From contig JBHGNT010000016.1 in NCBI GenBank assembly GCA_043228905.1, positions 5,456,001-5,520,000 of the forward strand: 64,000 nt of DNA, written 5' to 3'. The stretch comes from Azolla caroliniana (Eukaryota > Plantae > Polypodiophyta). The position numbers and the translations under genes are program-made. Below are positions 62,040 to 64,000 of the stretch, one piece after another; the first letter of the stretch is position 1; the number at the start of each line of letters is the position of its first letter. The notes below the pieces were generated by a model. It had not been told where the DNA came from. It saw only the letters and a program-made list of their open reading frames with translations, and did no database searches.

Positions 62040-64000
62040 TGTGGGATCGTGTGGTAAAACCACATGCCAAAACCCCTCACCTAACCCACGTAGCTATAAC
62101 CAGGGTTAGGGGAGTTAGACCATGGTTTAGTTAGTTACACCATAGTTAGTAAAAGGTTAGTTAGAGGTAAGTAACTAGAAGTGTGCCAAGATAACCGGAT
62201 GTATCTTGGAATGCAATACCAAATTGTATAAAAGGATTTAGGGAAGAGAGTTTGGAGGCATTTTACACACTTTGGTGGAGAAGACAGGCAACACTCAAGA
62301 CACCAAATCAAGAAAGAGTTGAAACAAAACAGGACGGTACTCCAACAGATCAAACAACACAACATCAAGAAGAAGAAGCCGCAACGCTACCCCAACAAAA
62401 CAAGACACAAGAACAACAAGTCGAAACCAACATACATCATATGGCATCTCCAATACAGAACACCGGTGCAATAGAATGCACCGACATGAATCCAGAATTT
62501 TTGCAACAACACCAAGAAAATCGTCAAACTTTCCAGATGGGTCAATTAATACAACCGGTATCTAACATCACAATACAATCAAATTTGACTAATCAAGCCA
62601 TGCTATCTTTTTTCTCTTTGCAAACAGATAGACATGCTAATCGCCTAGATCCACGAGTACGACCTAAATCCTTCTCTGGTCTACCGTCTGAGGACATCCT
62701 TTCTTGGCTTGATCATTTTGAAATGGTGGCAAGCTATCATCAATGGCCCGAAACACGGAAAGCACTAGAGAAGCGAACTTTATTAGAGGGCATCGCGGCA
62801 ACATGGTTCATACATCAAACAGAGGAGTCTAAGAACAATTGGTCGATACTTAAATCCCTCATGATCGGGAATTTCGCTCACCAGGACTCAACTCAGACGA
62901 CTTTGTAGCAACTAGAGACAATCAAACAACAACAACATGAGACAGTAACACAATTTGCAATCCGATTACAACAATTACTTACTCGTGCAAATCCAACAAT
63001 GCAAGAATCGATGAAGCTATTCTTCTTATGGCCACGACTACGCCTAGATATATATTGTCGAGTGCGCGACCAAGGCCCCAAAACATTTCAGGAAGCCATC
63101 CGCATTGCGTAACGCATTGAAGCAGCAACACAAACTGAACTCCAAATGAGTTGGTCATCCAATGTCAATTCCGAGAAGCAGTACAATAACAATGCCACGC
63201 AAATGGAAATCGATATCCAACACCTATATAAGTCCAACACCACAACCGTCTGCACACTCAAGCTGGGCCCTACCACAATCCCACACACCTTTTACGTACT
63301 TCCACATCAATTGTTCCCACTCACACTCGGATGTGATTGGTTCATCAAGAGCAGGGCCCAACTAGTTTCCCATACGTGTCACCTCACATTATCAAAAGCA
63401 AGGCTAGTTCCCCTGTTCACAAGCAACTGTAACCAACAAATCAGTAATGCATAGGAAACATTAAGCAAGGAGGTTCGCCTAAATGATGTCCACAAGGTTT
63501 TAGCTCAATACCCTGAGCTAGTCCACTCATATGACAAGCCCACTATAGTCTCATTCCCGGTCCAACATGTCATCAACACATGCAATGCAACACCTGTCCG
63601 GATAGCAGCAAGACGACGTTCTCCTTTAGATCATGCATGCATTGACCAAGCAGTGAATGAGATGCTTCAAAAGGGGATCATTTCACCCTCACATAGTGAT
63701 TGGGTATTGGAGCACACATGGTCAGAAAAGATGATGGCACATACCGATTTTGTGTTGACTTTCGCAAGCTCAATCAAGTCACCATCCATGACCTTTACCC
63801 TCTGCTGCGAATAGATGATCTCTTGGACCAGTTGGGACGCTCGAGGTACTTTACCTCTATCGATCTTGCGGCCGGATATTGGCAGATTCCAATGGACCCA
63901 AGAGATGCACATAAGACAACTTTCAAAACACGAAGAGGCCTATTCCAATTCAATAGGATGCCATTTGGCTTGTCCGATGCAGACAACAGATTCCAGCGGA
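62040..64000 (+). mobile_element. Degenerate Ty3/gypsy element, continuing beyond the window
   Basis: Possible LTR 62040-62269 (TG..CA) then Ala-like PBS TGGTGGAGA. gag RPKSFSGLPSEDILSWLDHFE (62252-63120); RT RFCVDFRKLN..YPLLRIDDLLD..DLAAGYWQI..MPFGL (63720-63975), with stops and frameshifts. LTR bounds tentative. Confidence 0.85.

Overview
This is eukaryotic land-plant DNA; a non-seed plant such as a fern or bryophyte is inferred from the retroelement types, not proven. Positions ~1-44.4 kb are a nested LTR-retrotransposon pile, and most boundaries can be read from LTR termini, PBS/PPT and target-site duplications (TSDs). It contains a decayed chromovirus (1-5.9 kb) and a young, apparently intact tRNA-Trp-primed Ty3/gypsy element (6299-13572) with a GGATTTT -1 frameshift. 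Related elements include a pol-less copy encoding a 1186-aa Gag-derived repeat protein (17183-22145). There is also a four-level nest of copia A > copia B > copia C > rearranged self-priming chromovirus (24529-42828), and a small tRNA-Ala-primed element (43091-44442). One host gene was found: a 4-coding-exon KRP/ICK CDK inhibitor on the minus strand (46879-49002). About 13 kb of AT-rich intergenic DNA follows, and another decayed gypsy element runs off the right edge. The most notable system is the tRNA-Trp gypsy group: an autonomous helper plus a Gag-only passenger, sharing termini, PBS, a covarying pre-PPT hairpin and an ACGT-biased 4-bp TSD. All of this was read by eye; no database searches were run.
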